Assembly (NCBI RefSeq): GCF_046119375.1
Contig: NW_027362767.1
Span: 247,070,001 to 247,134,000, forward strand
Direction of reading: 5' to 3'
Length of the DNA stretch: 64,000 nucleotides
From: Phyllobates terribilis
Lineage: Eukaryota
Of this stretch, positions 44,543 to 56,334 are shown piece by piece (the first letter of the stretch is position 1; every line of letters starts with the position of its first letter). A program made the translations under genes and the position numbers. A model generated the notes under the pieces. The model made no database searches. It saw only the letters and a program-made list of their open reading frames with translations, and was not told the DNA's origin.

Positions 44543-45642
44543 TGTGATGAAACAGCTTCTTAATCAGCCAGATGTCTAGATTTATTAAGGCAAGAGAAAT
44601 GCATTATTGTGTTTGTGTTGACTTTAGAACTTGCGTGTGTTTCTTTGGTGGGTCAAGAAGGACAGACCAGTATTTGTATAGCCCTGAATGTTGTCTTCTC
44701 TTGGTTCTGAAACAATGATGATTGTTACTATGATAATTGCATATTATACTAAATCCAGCTAGAAGTTTATTTACAAGAGCCCCCTGCTATAACAACTATG
44801 TAAATTGATTAAAAGCTCAAAAATGAGACCTGAGCCCTGTGGAATAATACCCTCTCTAACCCTTGCCCTGTGGATACTTGAAAGAAAAAATGTGAACTAT
44901 TTAAGGAACATATGCCTCTGCAGCAGGCAGATTTGGAACAAAGAACTGAAAGAGACTTTATAAGGAGAATCAAAGATCAGACTCTCTTCAGACCATCAGC
45001 TTGGTAGCATGGCTTTATCCAAAGAGACACAGATTTGGATTCTACATGATTCCAACCTAAGGGTATATGGCTCTGACTGGAAAGCTTTGGATCTGCTCCA
45101 CTGACCATCAGAGAGCCCATGGATACATTTGGGGAGACCAGGTTGGGACAATGAAGTCACCTGGCCCCATGGATATGTTGTTTGGGGTTGCCAGGTGGGA
45201 CCCTCCGGTCTCCTGGAACCCATGGAGACATTCGGAGAAGCCAGATTGGGACCAGCCAGTCATCTGGTCCCATGGAGACTCTCGGAGAGGACAGGGTGGG
45301 ACCCTCGGGTCTCCTGGCCTTGTACCTCGATGGACTGTCAGCTTCTTAAGCTTGCCACTACCTTTTCTCTGTGGGGCCCGCCAAAAACGGGGGGGGGGGG
45401 GGGGGGGGGGCACTTTTTGAGGTAGTTAGCCCTGGGAGTCCCAAAGCCACAGCTGTTCTATCCCAGGCGGGCCAGCAGAAGGGTGAGAATGTGTAATGTT
45501 GTACCATCTTGGGTATTAGCTTGGACTGTTCTATGTGTTTATTGTCCGCCTGGTGGTTCAATAAAGTATTGCCACACTGTTTTATCCTCACCCTGTGTTG
45601 TCTGAGTAGTATTATGCCCACGGAAGACCCTGGGTCTTCACA
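44543..45642 (+). mobile_element. Solo LTR (1100 bp) inserted in the SCAN-like gag
   Basis: TGTGA...TCACA termini, 5-bp TSD CCAGT (44538-44542, 45643-45647), AATAAA at 45560-45565; host gag is continuous across it. Confidence 0.85.
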
Positions 45643-47013
45643 CCAGTGCAACGGGTGCACTTCTGGCGCTACCAAAGGGACAAGCCTCCCGTGTCCCAGA
45701 TGTTTGACCTGTTACACCTGGTCAAAAATGGCTGCAGCTGGAGACCTGCTCTCCAGCACAAATGGTGGAAAGAGTAGTAGTGGACAGATTTATCCACTCA
45801 CTACCTATATCTGTACAAAACTGAGTTGCCCAGGGAGATCCCAGAACGCAGATGATTTAGTGAGCTTGGTAGAAAGATACTTGGCTGTGGAGAACTTTCT
45901 GAGCAGTGAAGGGAGACTGAGGTCACCTTTCAGGAAAACCCAAAAGAAGGAGCCCAAGATCACGTGTGAGGGGCGCCCAAGGTCCCAGGAGGTGTCAGAA
46001 CCAGGTTCAAGTTCTACATCCCGTAACATTGTCTATTGGAGGTGTCATTCCCCTATTCATATATCGCCCAATTGTCCTTCGATCTTGGAGCCTATGGACT
46101 GCAGCATGGGCCAGCACTGCTCCTATTTCGCCTACACTTCCTGCAGTGCTGTTCCTCATCCTGGCGAGGGGCCTCAGGAATGCCCGGTGACTGTAAACGG
46201 TGCACAAGTGACGGGACTTCTGGACTCGGATTGTGACGGGACTTCTGGACTCAGAGTTTGGTGACCCTGGTAAGGGCCACACTTCCGCATGTGCTACTCC
46301 CTGGGGAGGGGGGGGGGGTAAGGTGTATCCATAGAGACGCCAATAAGTATCCCATGGCTCAGGTGTACATACGCACAGACTGTGGATCTATATCCCACCA
46401 ATTGGCCAAGGACTTGTTTCATGCTATTGTTTTCTGATGTGACTTTCCTTTGCTCTGGGACTTATGGGCTAAAGCTGTAGCACCTAGCAGTCCAGTATGT
46501 TGGCAGGTGTCGGCTAAGGTAACAAGGTCACACGATGTAAATGGCGAATTTCCTTTCACAGCATTGGCTACTGCGGAGGATGATGAAGCCTCCCCTGAAG
46601 CCAATATCCCTGATCTGGAGGAATCCCAGGACAACTTTGAGACTGCCCATCTCAGGGACTTAACGGTAGAAGGTACTCTGGAAAATGTAAATGAGTTCCC
46701 CAGGAGACAGGAGCCAATAATTGGTTTCCGCAATTGTTGTGTTGTGGGACCAAAGTGAAGGGACAGGTAAAAGAGCGTCCCCTCAAGGCCCAAGAGGAAA
46801 AATCAAGGGGGTGTAATTGGTCGGCTCTAGTGAGACAATTTACGCCTGAGGATCAGGTACTTGTGTTAGTGCCCACAAGAGCGAGAAGATTCTTTATAAC
46901 ATGGCAGGGACCTTATGATTTGGTACAAAAGGTGCGAGAGGTTAACTATAAAGTATACTGACCAGGAAAAAGAAGGCCTTCCCCATATATTATGGCAACC
47001 TACTAAAACACTA

Positions 47014-47650
47014 CACTGTGTTCCAAATTATTATGCAAATAATATTTTCTCAGATTTTCCCAAATTACCTATATGAATTGCAGTCATTGTAATTTTCCAG
47101 TCAAATAACTATTAGAGTACAACTGAAAGGTTTTTGTACAAACTGCCTATGATAACAGTATATTTTTAAAAAAATAAAACACTCAAACTGCACTCAAAAT
47201 GCATGTTCCAAATTATTATCCACAGCAGAGTTTTCAACCTTTTCATTTTAATAAAGAACAAAAAAATGGTCATTTTTGAAATTATAAGCATTAGCAGGTT
47301 ATTACAAACTGAAATCAAACAGTTTTCAACTCAAAACTTTATTCTAGGTGATGTTACATTTGCACATAGTACCGCTTGTTCGAAAGGAGCTTCTGAACTC
47401 TCTCGTCCATTGAATTTGTCAGGTTTTGGATGGTTTCTGCTTCAATTGTTTTGCATGAGGACAGAATACCCTCCCAGAGCTGTTGCTTAGATGTGAACTG
47501 CCTCCAGCCATCATAGACACTCCTTTTGATGATGCTCCAGAGGTTCTCAATGGGGTTGAGGTCAGGGGAGCATGGGTGCCACACCATAAGTTTGCCCCCT
47601 TTTATGCCCATAGAAGCCAGAGATGCTTGTGTCATCAAAATGAGCCTCAT
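47014..47650 (-). mobile_element. One-ended Tc1 fragment (transposase C-terminus plus one TIR)
   Basis: TA-CACTGTGTTCCAAATTATTATGC terminus; SPDLNPIENLW in ORF 47354-47650. Confidence 0.75.
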
Positions 47651-48565
47651 GTTCTGGTCAATGTAAAGCCCTGTAGACTCTGTGTGTGTTCAGATGGTGC
47701 CCAGCCCCTGACTTTGGGCAGGACGGGGGGGGGGGATTATAGCAATGCAGGTAGGCTAGGGTTAAATCCCAGCACTACAGGCTCTGATTAGGTGCACATG
47801 GCTAGCTCTGCATACAACCAGGCTAGGTGTTCACCTTAGGCAATCAGCTGGGGGAAGCTGACCAGAATGGATTGTATTGGAGCTAGAGAGAGAGACAAGC
47901 CAGAATCTCTGAGAAGAGTCTACACCTGCCTTGTTCACCAAACTGCAGGTATCAGTGGTTCCTATGGACGAGAGCTGTTTTGTTTGACCGAACTGGGACT
48001 AGCTGAGCTGTGTATCTCAGTCTGGGTCTATTGATTTTGTGTTTATGGTTTTGTTTTTTGGTGCTGTGCAATCTGTGAGAATAAACGTCACTTTGTTTTG
48101 ACACAAGAATCCAGTGTCTGTGTGAATGATACCCAATGCCTACCTGAGAGCGTGAATCCCTACAACCATAAAGAGAAGACTTCATGAAAGCAAATACAGA
48201 GGGTTCACCTCAATGTGCAAACCATTAATCAGGTTAAAAATAGAAAGGCCAGATTAGATTGTACCAAAAAACATCTAAAGACGTCGCCCAGTTCTGGAAA
48301 AGCATTTACAGGACAGAAGAGACTAAGACAAACCTGTAGCAGAATGAAGGGAATAATAAAGTATGGAGGAGGCTTGGGCGGCGCTCCTGATCCTCGGCAC
48401 ATCCTCTGTAACACATGGCGGAGGCGCTGTGATGGCCGGGCATACATGGCTCCAATGGCACCGGGTCACTAGTGATTATTGATGATGTGACTGAAGACAG
48501 AAGCAGCTGGATGAATCCTGTGCGTACAGGGAGATACTCTGCTCAGATTCAACCAAATGCAGTAA

Positions 48566-48920
48566 GGCTATGTGCCCACGATGCAGAAATGAAGCAGAAA
48601 ATTTCTGCTTCAATTCTGCATCTCCTTGCCCGGAAAAATGCGTGCTGAATTTGACACGTGTTTTTTGCGTGTTTTGGACATACGGAATTGCCATGCGTTT
48701 TCTAATGCATTGTAGATGGCAATTCCGCATGCGTAAACGCACAAATAATGGACATGCTGCGGATTTTTGAGCGCATCAAAAATGCTGCGGAAAAATCCCC
48801 AGCATGGGCATTGAAAGTGCGGAATTTCATTGGGGACCATGGGGGAAGGTTTCCCAAGCGTTTACGCTGCAAAAATTCCGCAGCATAAACGCTCGAAAAA
48901 CGCATCGTGGGCACGGACCC
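48566..48920. mobile_element. Palindromic PIF/Harbinger-like MITE
   Basis: TIRs GGCTATGTGCCCACGATGC / (rc) GGGTCCGTGCCCACGATGC; TAA/TTA flanks; internal inverted repeats. Confidence 0.65.
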
Positions 48921-49121
48921 TTAGGCTGCTTGAACGGAGCTTCACAGGACAGATGGACAATGACCCAAAACATCCTGTGAAAGCAAAGAAGTGGGATATT
49001 CTGCAATGGCCGAGTCATCGCGAGATCTCAGCCCATCGAGCCGCATTTCACAGGATGAAGACAAAACATAAGACAGAAAGAGCCACAGACAAGAAACCAC
49101 TGAAGTCACTGCAGTAAAGGC

Positions 49122-49980
49122 AGAGAGAGAGGAGAGAGGAGGCAGAGAGAGAGAGAGGATTCAAAAAGACCTAAATAAACTGGAGCAGTGGGCAGCAACC
49201 AACAGAATGGTTTTTAACAGGGAAAAATGCAAAGAACTACATCTGGGCAATAAAAATGAAAAAAGCATATACAGAATGGGAGGAATAGAGCTAAGCAACA
49301 GTACATGTGAAAAAGACTTAGGTATACTAATAGATCATAGACTGAACATGAGTCAACAGTGTGAAGCAGCAGCAAAAAAGGCAAATACAATTCTGGGATG
49401 TATTAACAGAAGCATACAGTCTAGATCACGTGAAGTCATTATCGGTCTTTACTCCTCTTTGGTCAGACCTCATCTGGAATACTGTGTACAGTTTTGGGCA
49501 CCACATTTTAAAAAAGACATAGACAAACTGGAGCAAGTTCAGAGAAGAGCGACCAGAATGGTGACTGGTCTGCAAACCATGTCCTATGAGGAACGGTTGC
49601 AGGATTTGGGAATGTTTAGCTTGCAAAAAAGAAGACTGAGAGGAGACTTAATAGCTGTCTACAAATATGTCAAGGGCTGTCACATTGTAGAAGGATCATC
49701 TTTATTCTCATTTGCACAAGGAAAGACTAGAAGCAATGGGATGAAACTAAATGGGAGGAGACACAGATTAGATATTAGAAAAAACTTTTTGACAGTTAGG
49801 GTGATTAATGAGTGGAACAGGCTGCCACGAGAGGTGGTGAGTTCCCCTTCAATGGACGTCTTCAAACAGAGGCTGGACAGACATCTGTCTGAGATGATCT
49901 AGTGAATCCTGCTTTGAGCAGGGGGTTGGACCAGATGACCCAGGAGGTCCCTTCCAACTCTACCATTCTATGATTCTATG
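49122..49980 (+). mobile_element. 5'-truncated CR1 LINE (ORF2 C-terminus, 231-aa ORF 49207-49902, plus 3' UTR)
   Basis: EKDLG, LVRPHLEYCVQFW, LEQVQRRATR, RRLRGDLI motifs; terminal (ATTCTATG)2; TSD AAAGGC (49116-49121, 49981-49986). Confidence 0.92.
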
Positions 49981-50438
49981 AAAGGCGGCAAAGCCTCACA
50001 GAGGAGGAAACCAGCGATGGTGACGTCCATGGCCTCCAGACTTCAGAAGTCATTGCTGGAAAGGATTCTCTACAAAGTATAAAATATGAACATTTTATTT
50101 ATGGTAAAGTTAATTTGGCTAATTACTTTTGAGCCCCTGAAATTAAGAGGCTTTGTACAAAAATGGCTGCAATTCCTAAACGTTTCACAGGATATTTTTG
50201 TTCAACCCCTCTAATTAAACCTGAAAGTTTACACTTCAGTTGCATCTCAGTTGTTTCATTTTACATCCAAAATAGCGGCCTGCAGAGCTGTAATCACAAA
50301 GCTTCATCACTGGCCAAATATTTCTGGACCTGACTATATGTACCCAGACTGGCAGTAGTGATTTTACAGCACCTCTGGACTGTGCCCATAATGACCCTAA
50401 AATATACGGTAGTTACTAGACTGCAATACCCATAAGCG

Positions 50439-50452
50439 CCACTAGATGGCAC
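50439..50452 (+). promoter_or_regulatory. CTCF-like motif CCACTAGATGGCAC
   Basis: Matches CCASYAGRKGGCRS; binding untested. Confidence 0.45.
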
Positions 50453-51227
50453 GCTTTACTGTGAAAGTGGCTTTATTACTTTTGCACTCTGCAAATCCCA
50501 GGATCCATAACAGACCACTGAGGCTGCAATATGGCGTGCCACCTGTTTTCCAAAGTGGAGCACTCCTGCCAAGGAGGATATCACTCTCTATAGGAAGCTT
50601 ATAATGCATATGTGCCAGTCATCCGCAATGCCCTCTTTTATGCGGGTAAATAGTGCTGCAGACCTGGCAATGGATATCTGGCATACATGTTGGTTACTGT
50701 GTGCCAAACATATGGACCTCTCGGATGTGAGTGTCTGTCCGTCTCACTCTAAACATCAGATAAAGCAAAGGAGGCATCTTCTACTCTGCGCCAAACACTA
50801 GTGAATTAACATGATTGGGTTCAGTTAATTCCCCAAAAAGTAGGTTGTGCATGAATAAAACACTGGGCAAAATTGCATGTGGCTACCAAATCTGTTGGTA
50901 TGAACAGGCACAGTGGAGTAAAAAAATAATTTAGATATAAAAAAAAGAAATCTGAGATTGTCCACAAGGTGGCAGTCACAGCATAGGTCTAAGAGTAATA
51001 ACAGCTCGCTGATCAACTGATCATCATGTCTCACCAGTCACAACGTGTGCAGAATACAATCTACATACCTACAGTGATATGTAAAAGTTTGGACACCCCT
51101 GGTCAAAATTACTGTTATTATGAACAGTTAAGCAAGTTGAAGATTATATGATCTCTAAAAGGCCTTTAGTTAAAGATGACACATTTCCTCTGTATTTTAG
51201 GCAAAAAAAAAAAATACTATATATATA

Positions 51228-52744
51228 CAGTACAGACCAAAAGTTTGGACACACCTTCACATTAAAAGATTTTTCTGTATTTTCATGACTATGAAAATTC
51301 TACATTCACACTGAAGGCATCAAAACTATGAATTAACACATGTGGAATTATATACTTAACAAAAAAGTGTGAAACAACTGAAAATATGTCTTATATTCTA
51401 GGTTCTTCAAAGTAGCCTCCTTGGGATTTCTTGCCTTATAAATGGGGTTGGGACCATCAGTTGTGTTGTGCAGAAGTCAGGTGGATACACAGCTGATAGT
51501 CCTACTGAATAGACTGTTAGAATTTGTATTATGGCAAGAAAAAAGCAGCTAAGTAAAGAAAAACGAGTGGCCATCATTACTTTAAGAAATGAAGGTCAGT
51601 CAGTGCGAAAAATTGGGAAAACTTTGAAAGTGTCCCCAAGTGCAGTTGCAAAAACCATCAAGTGCTACAAAGAAACTGGCTCACATGAGGACCGCCCCAG
51701 GAAAGGAAGACCAAGAGTCACCTCTGCTTCTGAGGATAAGTTTATCCGAGTCACCAGCCTCAGAAATCGCAGGTTAACAGCAGCTCAGATTAGAGACCAG
51801 GTCAATGCCACACAGAGTTCTAGCAGCAGACACATCTCTACAACAACTGTTAAGAGGAGACTTTGTGCAGCAGGCCTTCATGGTAAAATAGCTGCTAGGA
51901 AACCACTGCTAGGGACAGGCAACAAACAGAAGAGACTTGTTTGGGCTAAAGAACACAAGGAATGAACATTAGACCAGTGGAAATCTGTGCTTTGGTCTGA
52001 TGAGTCCAAATTTGAGATCTTTGGTTCCAACCACCTTGTCTTTGTGCAACGCAGAAAAGGTGAACGGATGGACTCTACATGCCTGGTTCCCACCGTGAAG
52101 CATGGAGGAGGAGGTGTGATGGTGTGGGGGTGCTTTGCTGGTGTCACTGTTGGGGATTTATTCAAAATTGAAGGCATAATGAACCAGCATGGCTACCACA
52201 GCATCTTGCAGCGGCATGCTATTCCATCCGGTTTGCGTTTAGTTGGACTATCATTTATTTTTCAACAGGACAATGACCCCAAACACACCTCCAGGCTGTG
52301 TAAGGGCTATTTGACCAAGAAGGAGAGTGATGGGGTGCTACGCCAGATGACCTGGCCTCCACAGTCACCAGACCTGAACCCAATCGAGATGGTTTGGGGT
52401 GAGCTGGACCGCAGAGTGAAGGCAAAAGGGCCAACAAGTGCTAAGCATCTCTGGGAACTCCTTCAAGATTGTTGGAAGACCATTTCCGGTGACTACCTCT
52501 TGAAGCTCATCAAGAGAATGCCAAGAGTGTGCAAAGCAGTCATCAAACCAAAAGGTGGCTACTTTGAAGAACCTAGAATATAAGAGATATTTTCAGTTGT
52601 TTCACACTTTTTTGTTAAGTATATAATTCCACATGTGTTAATTCATAGTTTTGATGCCTTCAGTGTGAATGTACAATTTTCATAGTCATGAAAATACAGA
52701 AAAATCTTTAAATGAGAAGGTGTGTCCAAACTTTTGGTCTGTAC

Positions 52745-52746
<2 letters not shown>
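51228..52746 (+). mobile_element. DD38E (Intruder-type) Tc1-related transposon, 1519 bp
   Basis: About 190-bp near-perfect TIRs CAGTACAGACCAAAAGTTTGGACACACC; inserted in a TA run. Confidence 0.9.
51531..52583 (+). pseudogene. DD38E transposase (350 codons) with one in-frame TGA at 51963-51965
   Basis: The 144-aa and 198-aa ORFs share a frame; WSDES, QQDND, then 38 residues, then E in NPIEMV. Confidence 0.88.

Positions 52747-52748
<2 letters not shown>

Positions 52749-52796
<48 letters not shown>
52749..52796. repeat. (TA)n microsatellite beside the DD38E element
   Basis: Seen directly; another (TA)n at ~63145-63185. Confidence 0.95.
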
Positions 52797-52800
<4 letters not shown>

Positions 52801-54958
52801 CAGTATATAGTCATTTTTTAAATTTTAAAAATTACAAAGAGGAAAATGGGCCGATGCAAAAGTTTTGGGCACCCTTGGAGATTTGTGTGCTCAGGTAACT
52901 TTGACCAAGGTTTCAGACCTTAATTAGCTGGTAATGGCTTGTTCACTATCATCGGTAGAAAAGGCCAGGTGATGCAAATGTCCCAGCTTTATAAAAACCC
53001 AGCCTCCTCTAACCTTGTGCCAAAAAACAGCAGCCATGGGTTCTTCTAAGCAGCTGCCTAGCACTCTGAAAATGGTGGAGGCCCACAAAGCAGGAGAAAG
53101 CTATAAGAAGATAGCAAAGCCTTTTCAAGTTGCCCTTTTCTAAGTTTGAAAAGTAATTAAGAAATGGCAGTTACCAGGAACAGTGGAGGTCAAGATAAGG
53201 TCTGGAAGACCAAGCAAAATTTCAGTGAGAGCTGCTAGTAGGATTGCTAGAAAGGCAAATCAGAACCTCCGCTTGATTGCAAAAGACTTTTAGAAAGATT
53301 TAGCAGACTCTGGAGGTGCGGTACATTGTTCTACTGTTCAGAAACACCTGCACAAATATGGCCTTCATGGAAGAGTCATCAGAAGAAAACCTCTCCTGCT
53401 TCCTCACCATAAAATTCAGCATCAGAATTGCAAAAGAACATCTAAACAAGCCTGATACATTTTGGGAACAAGTCCTGTGGACTGATGAGGTTAGAATAGA
53501 GTTCTGTAGCCACAATGATCAATGGTATGTGTGGAGAAAAACGGGCACAGAATTTCAGGAAAAGAACATCTCGCCAACCATTAAGCATGGGGGTGAATCA
53601 ATCATGCTTTGGGGTTGTGTTTCAGCCAATGGAACATTTCACGGGTAGTGGGAAGAATGGATTCAATGAAATTACAATAAATTCTTGATACAAACATAAC
53701 ACCATCTGTAAAAAAGCTGAAGTAGAAAAGAGGATGGCTTCTACAAATGGATAATGATCCTAAACAGACGTCAAAATCCACAATAGACCTCAAAAGGCAC
53801 AAGCTGAAGGTTTTACAATGGCCCTCACAGTCCCCTGATCTGAACATCATTGAAAATCTGTGGCTAGACCTCAAAATAGCAGCGCAGGCAAGACCCCCCA
53901 AGGAATCTCACAGAGCTGGAAGAATTTTCCAAGGAAGAATGGATGAAAATCCCTCAAACAAGAATTGAAAGACTCTTGTCTGGCTACAAAAAGCGTTTAC
54001 AAGCTGTGACACTTGCAAAAGTAGGTGCTACTAGGAACCAACCATGCAGGGTGCCCAAACTTTTGCATCTGCCCATTTTTATTTTTGTAATTTTTAAAAT
54101 GTAAAAGATGAAAAAAAATGTTTGCCTAAAATACAAAGGAAATGTGTCATCTTTAACTTTAGGCCTTTTAGAGATCATTTCAGCTTCAACTTGCTTAACT
54201 GTTCACAATAACAGTAATTGTGACCAGGGGTGCCCAAACTTTTTATATGCCACTGTATAGTTCAGAGTATGCATGGATATATGGAAGGCATGAACAGATT
54301 ATATTCTAGTATTTAGTATCCAGTTTTCTAGATTTTTCATCTGAGTGATTAATCCAACATTAACATCACCCTCTAGTGGTGGCTGCTGGTATTTACAATT
54401 TTATCATTGTCTCCTTGATGTCTGGGTGATTTTTTTTCCATTTTTTTTCTTCAAATATTTTCTTCAAGTACAGTATATTCTATACACTGCAATACTACAG
54501 GTAGGCGCTGGAACTGTTATATAATGCGATTGGCCCATTGAATGCAGCCTTTTGAAGTTTCTGGGAAACCCCTTTACATAATAAAATACTAAATCCCTGC
54601 AGCCACCACTAGAGGGAGCATACAGAGTACCGAGTTCACTATGTAGAAAGTATGCAGCTAGCTCCCTCTAGTGGAGGCTGCCGGCTGAGAGAATTATAAT
54701 TGACCGCTATACGTCTATGCAGAAGATTTGGACCTTTGTATCAGAAATGCACATATCAGACTACTATAAAGATAAATTATGAGATTAATCAACAAATAAT
54801 GTGGAAACCACTTCCTATGACCCCTGAATCTTCATGTTCACAAAGTCTTATTTAGCTTTTCTCCTAGTCTCGCTGATTGCACAATAGCAGAGATTTTCCA
54901 TCGCGGTTAGATGAAAAGTTTTATCACCTCCATCATAACTTAATTATTCTTTTTTATT

Positions 54959-56334
54959 TTATTTGGACAAGTCGTCGTCAGATTCTTCATTCTCGCCAAG
55001 GTCGGCAGATGTCTGTGCATTCTTATGGCGAAGAAGCAGCTACGTAAATATCCAGACATCTGTGCTGTAAATGTAAGTGCGGTCAGATCTAATCTAATGC
55101 AGCCCACCCACCAGAGATGCCGCAAGAACTGATCAATCTAAATAAAGGGGTTGTTTGCTATGGACCACCCTTGATCTATGCCCTAACTAGATGGCGGGTC
55201 TCCCCTTTAATATCCATTGAATACTACAGATGCCCGCTGAGTCCTATGGGCACCCTGCGAAGCTTTTCCCAACATCATTAGTTAACGAGACCCCCGACAT
55301 TTCCAAACATGATCATCCCTTTAACCCTATCTCTGCCAGGCGGACCAGTAATGGCCTGAATATTACCATTGGAAGCAGCGACTCACCCTACGTGACTCCA
55401 CTCCCTCCGCTGCGATCCGTCTGCCGCTTGCTCGCTGCTCTGAGCATTCGCTCCTGTTTCCAGATGTATTTTCTATTACGGATTAGAAGCCAAACTGCCC
55501 ACGTGTCGCCCCTCGGAGTCCGGTTTCTGCGCTGATCCTCGCAGTCATCTCTGAATCCTTCTCGTCCCCACCTCCGTACTATTTATTACTTATGTCCTAT
55601 CGATCTGACGTTCACTGGGTGTTAGAAATCCCGCCTGGCCCCGTCACCTCTCATCTCCGCGTCTTACGCAATGGTCGTATCTCATCCCTGTAACACCTGT
55701 CTCACAGCTTTTGCTTTTCTCCCAACCTGGTGCGAGCCGTCCAGTGCAATGTGCCGAGAATCTGCTGCCATGAATTACAGGTTTTTTTTAGGCCCCCGCA
55801 CTGTGACTACTGCTCCGTCGACTGTCACTTCTGTCTCGTGCTACTTTATATCGTGTCTCAATGGTTTATCCGATGCAAAGATTTTTCCATCAGAGGGGTT
55901 TTTGCAGAATGCTCAAATAACTCCATAATTTTGCACCTTTTTAAGCCACTTGGACCTTCATTTAGTTGTCATAAGCTCCCCGACTGTACTGTAACATGTC
56001 AGTCAGAAAGTCTGCAGCGCGTGGGCGTCTCCTTACGGGACTATAAAATAGTATAATAGTATGCCATATATGCTACAAGTTGTATGTAACATCTCCATTT
56101 TCCTTAATGAACCCTAGCAGGCATTAAAAGGTATTTATACCTTTTGGGGCATTTTTTGGGGGGCTAAAAATCTAAATTTTTGATTAAAAAATTGCACCGT
56201 TTTCCTTCTGTAGCCTCCGGGTTGCACCGTCTGTTGCTGAATGAGTTCTCTGAGACTCCGTCAGTGAGCTCGTTCTCACTGAATAGTTGATAACTGCTTT
56301 ATCTGTCTTTTTTTTCCTCAGCTCCTCTGTGCTG
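54959..56334 (-). CDS. Candidate last three exons of an unidentified minus-strand gene
   Basis: Putative exons ~56334-56198 (weak GTGCAA donor, phase 1), 55472-55387 (phase 1 to 0, perfect GTGAGT donor) and 55021-54959 (ends NAQTSADLGENEESDDDLSK*, AATAAA directly after the stop). Phases join in frame, but no domain was recognised. Confidence 0.35.

Larger units (their letters stand above)
42852..48164 (+). mobile_element. Degenerate Gmr1-like Gypsy LTR element with SCAN-like gag
   Basis: Diverged LTRs ~42852-43193 and ~47738-48164 (TGTAGC...CTACA); G-rich PPT before the 3' LTR; Gln-rich gag start at 43303; WLQPETCSPAQIVERVVVDRFVHSLP; zinc knuckle; protease LLDS (~46215); integrase C-terminal GPY (~46900); RT absent; degenerate 4-bp TSD (ACTT/ACCA). 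Confidence 0.75.
42205..50336 (+). mobile_element. Degenerate Tc1-like host element with several nested insertions
   Basis: TIRs CAATTAGGTCCAGAAATATTTGG / (rc) AGTCAGGTCCAGAAATATTTGG; transposase remnants resume across each insertion (42850|48165, 48565|48921, 49121|49981). Confidence 0.8.
51072..54255 (+). mobile_element. Degenerate Tc1-like transposon hosting the DD38E element
   Basis: TIRs CAGTGATATGTAAAAGTTTGGACACCCCTGG / (rc) CAGTGGCATATAAAAAGTTTGGGCACCCCTGG, TA flanks; frameshifted transposase at ~53036-54030 (WTDE, DNDPK, SPDLNIIENLW). Confidence 0.88.

Noticed and set aside
51995-52010. CTGATGAGTCC, resembling a hammerhead core
   Set aside because: It encodes the transposase WSDES motif; no stem II or GAAA partner.
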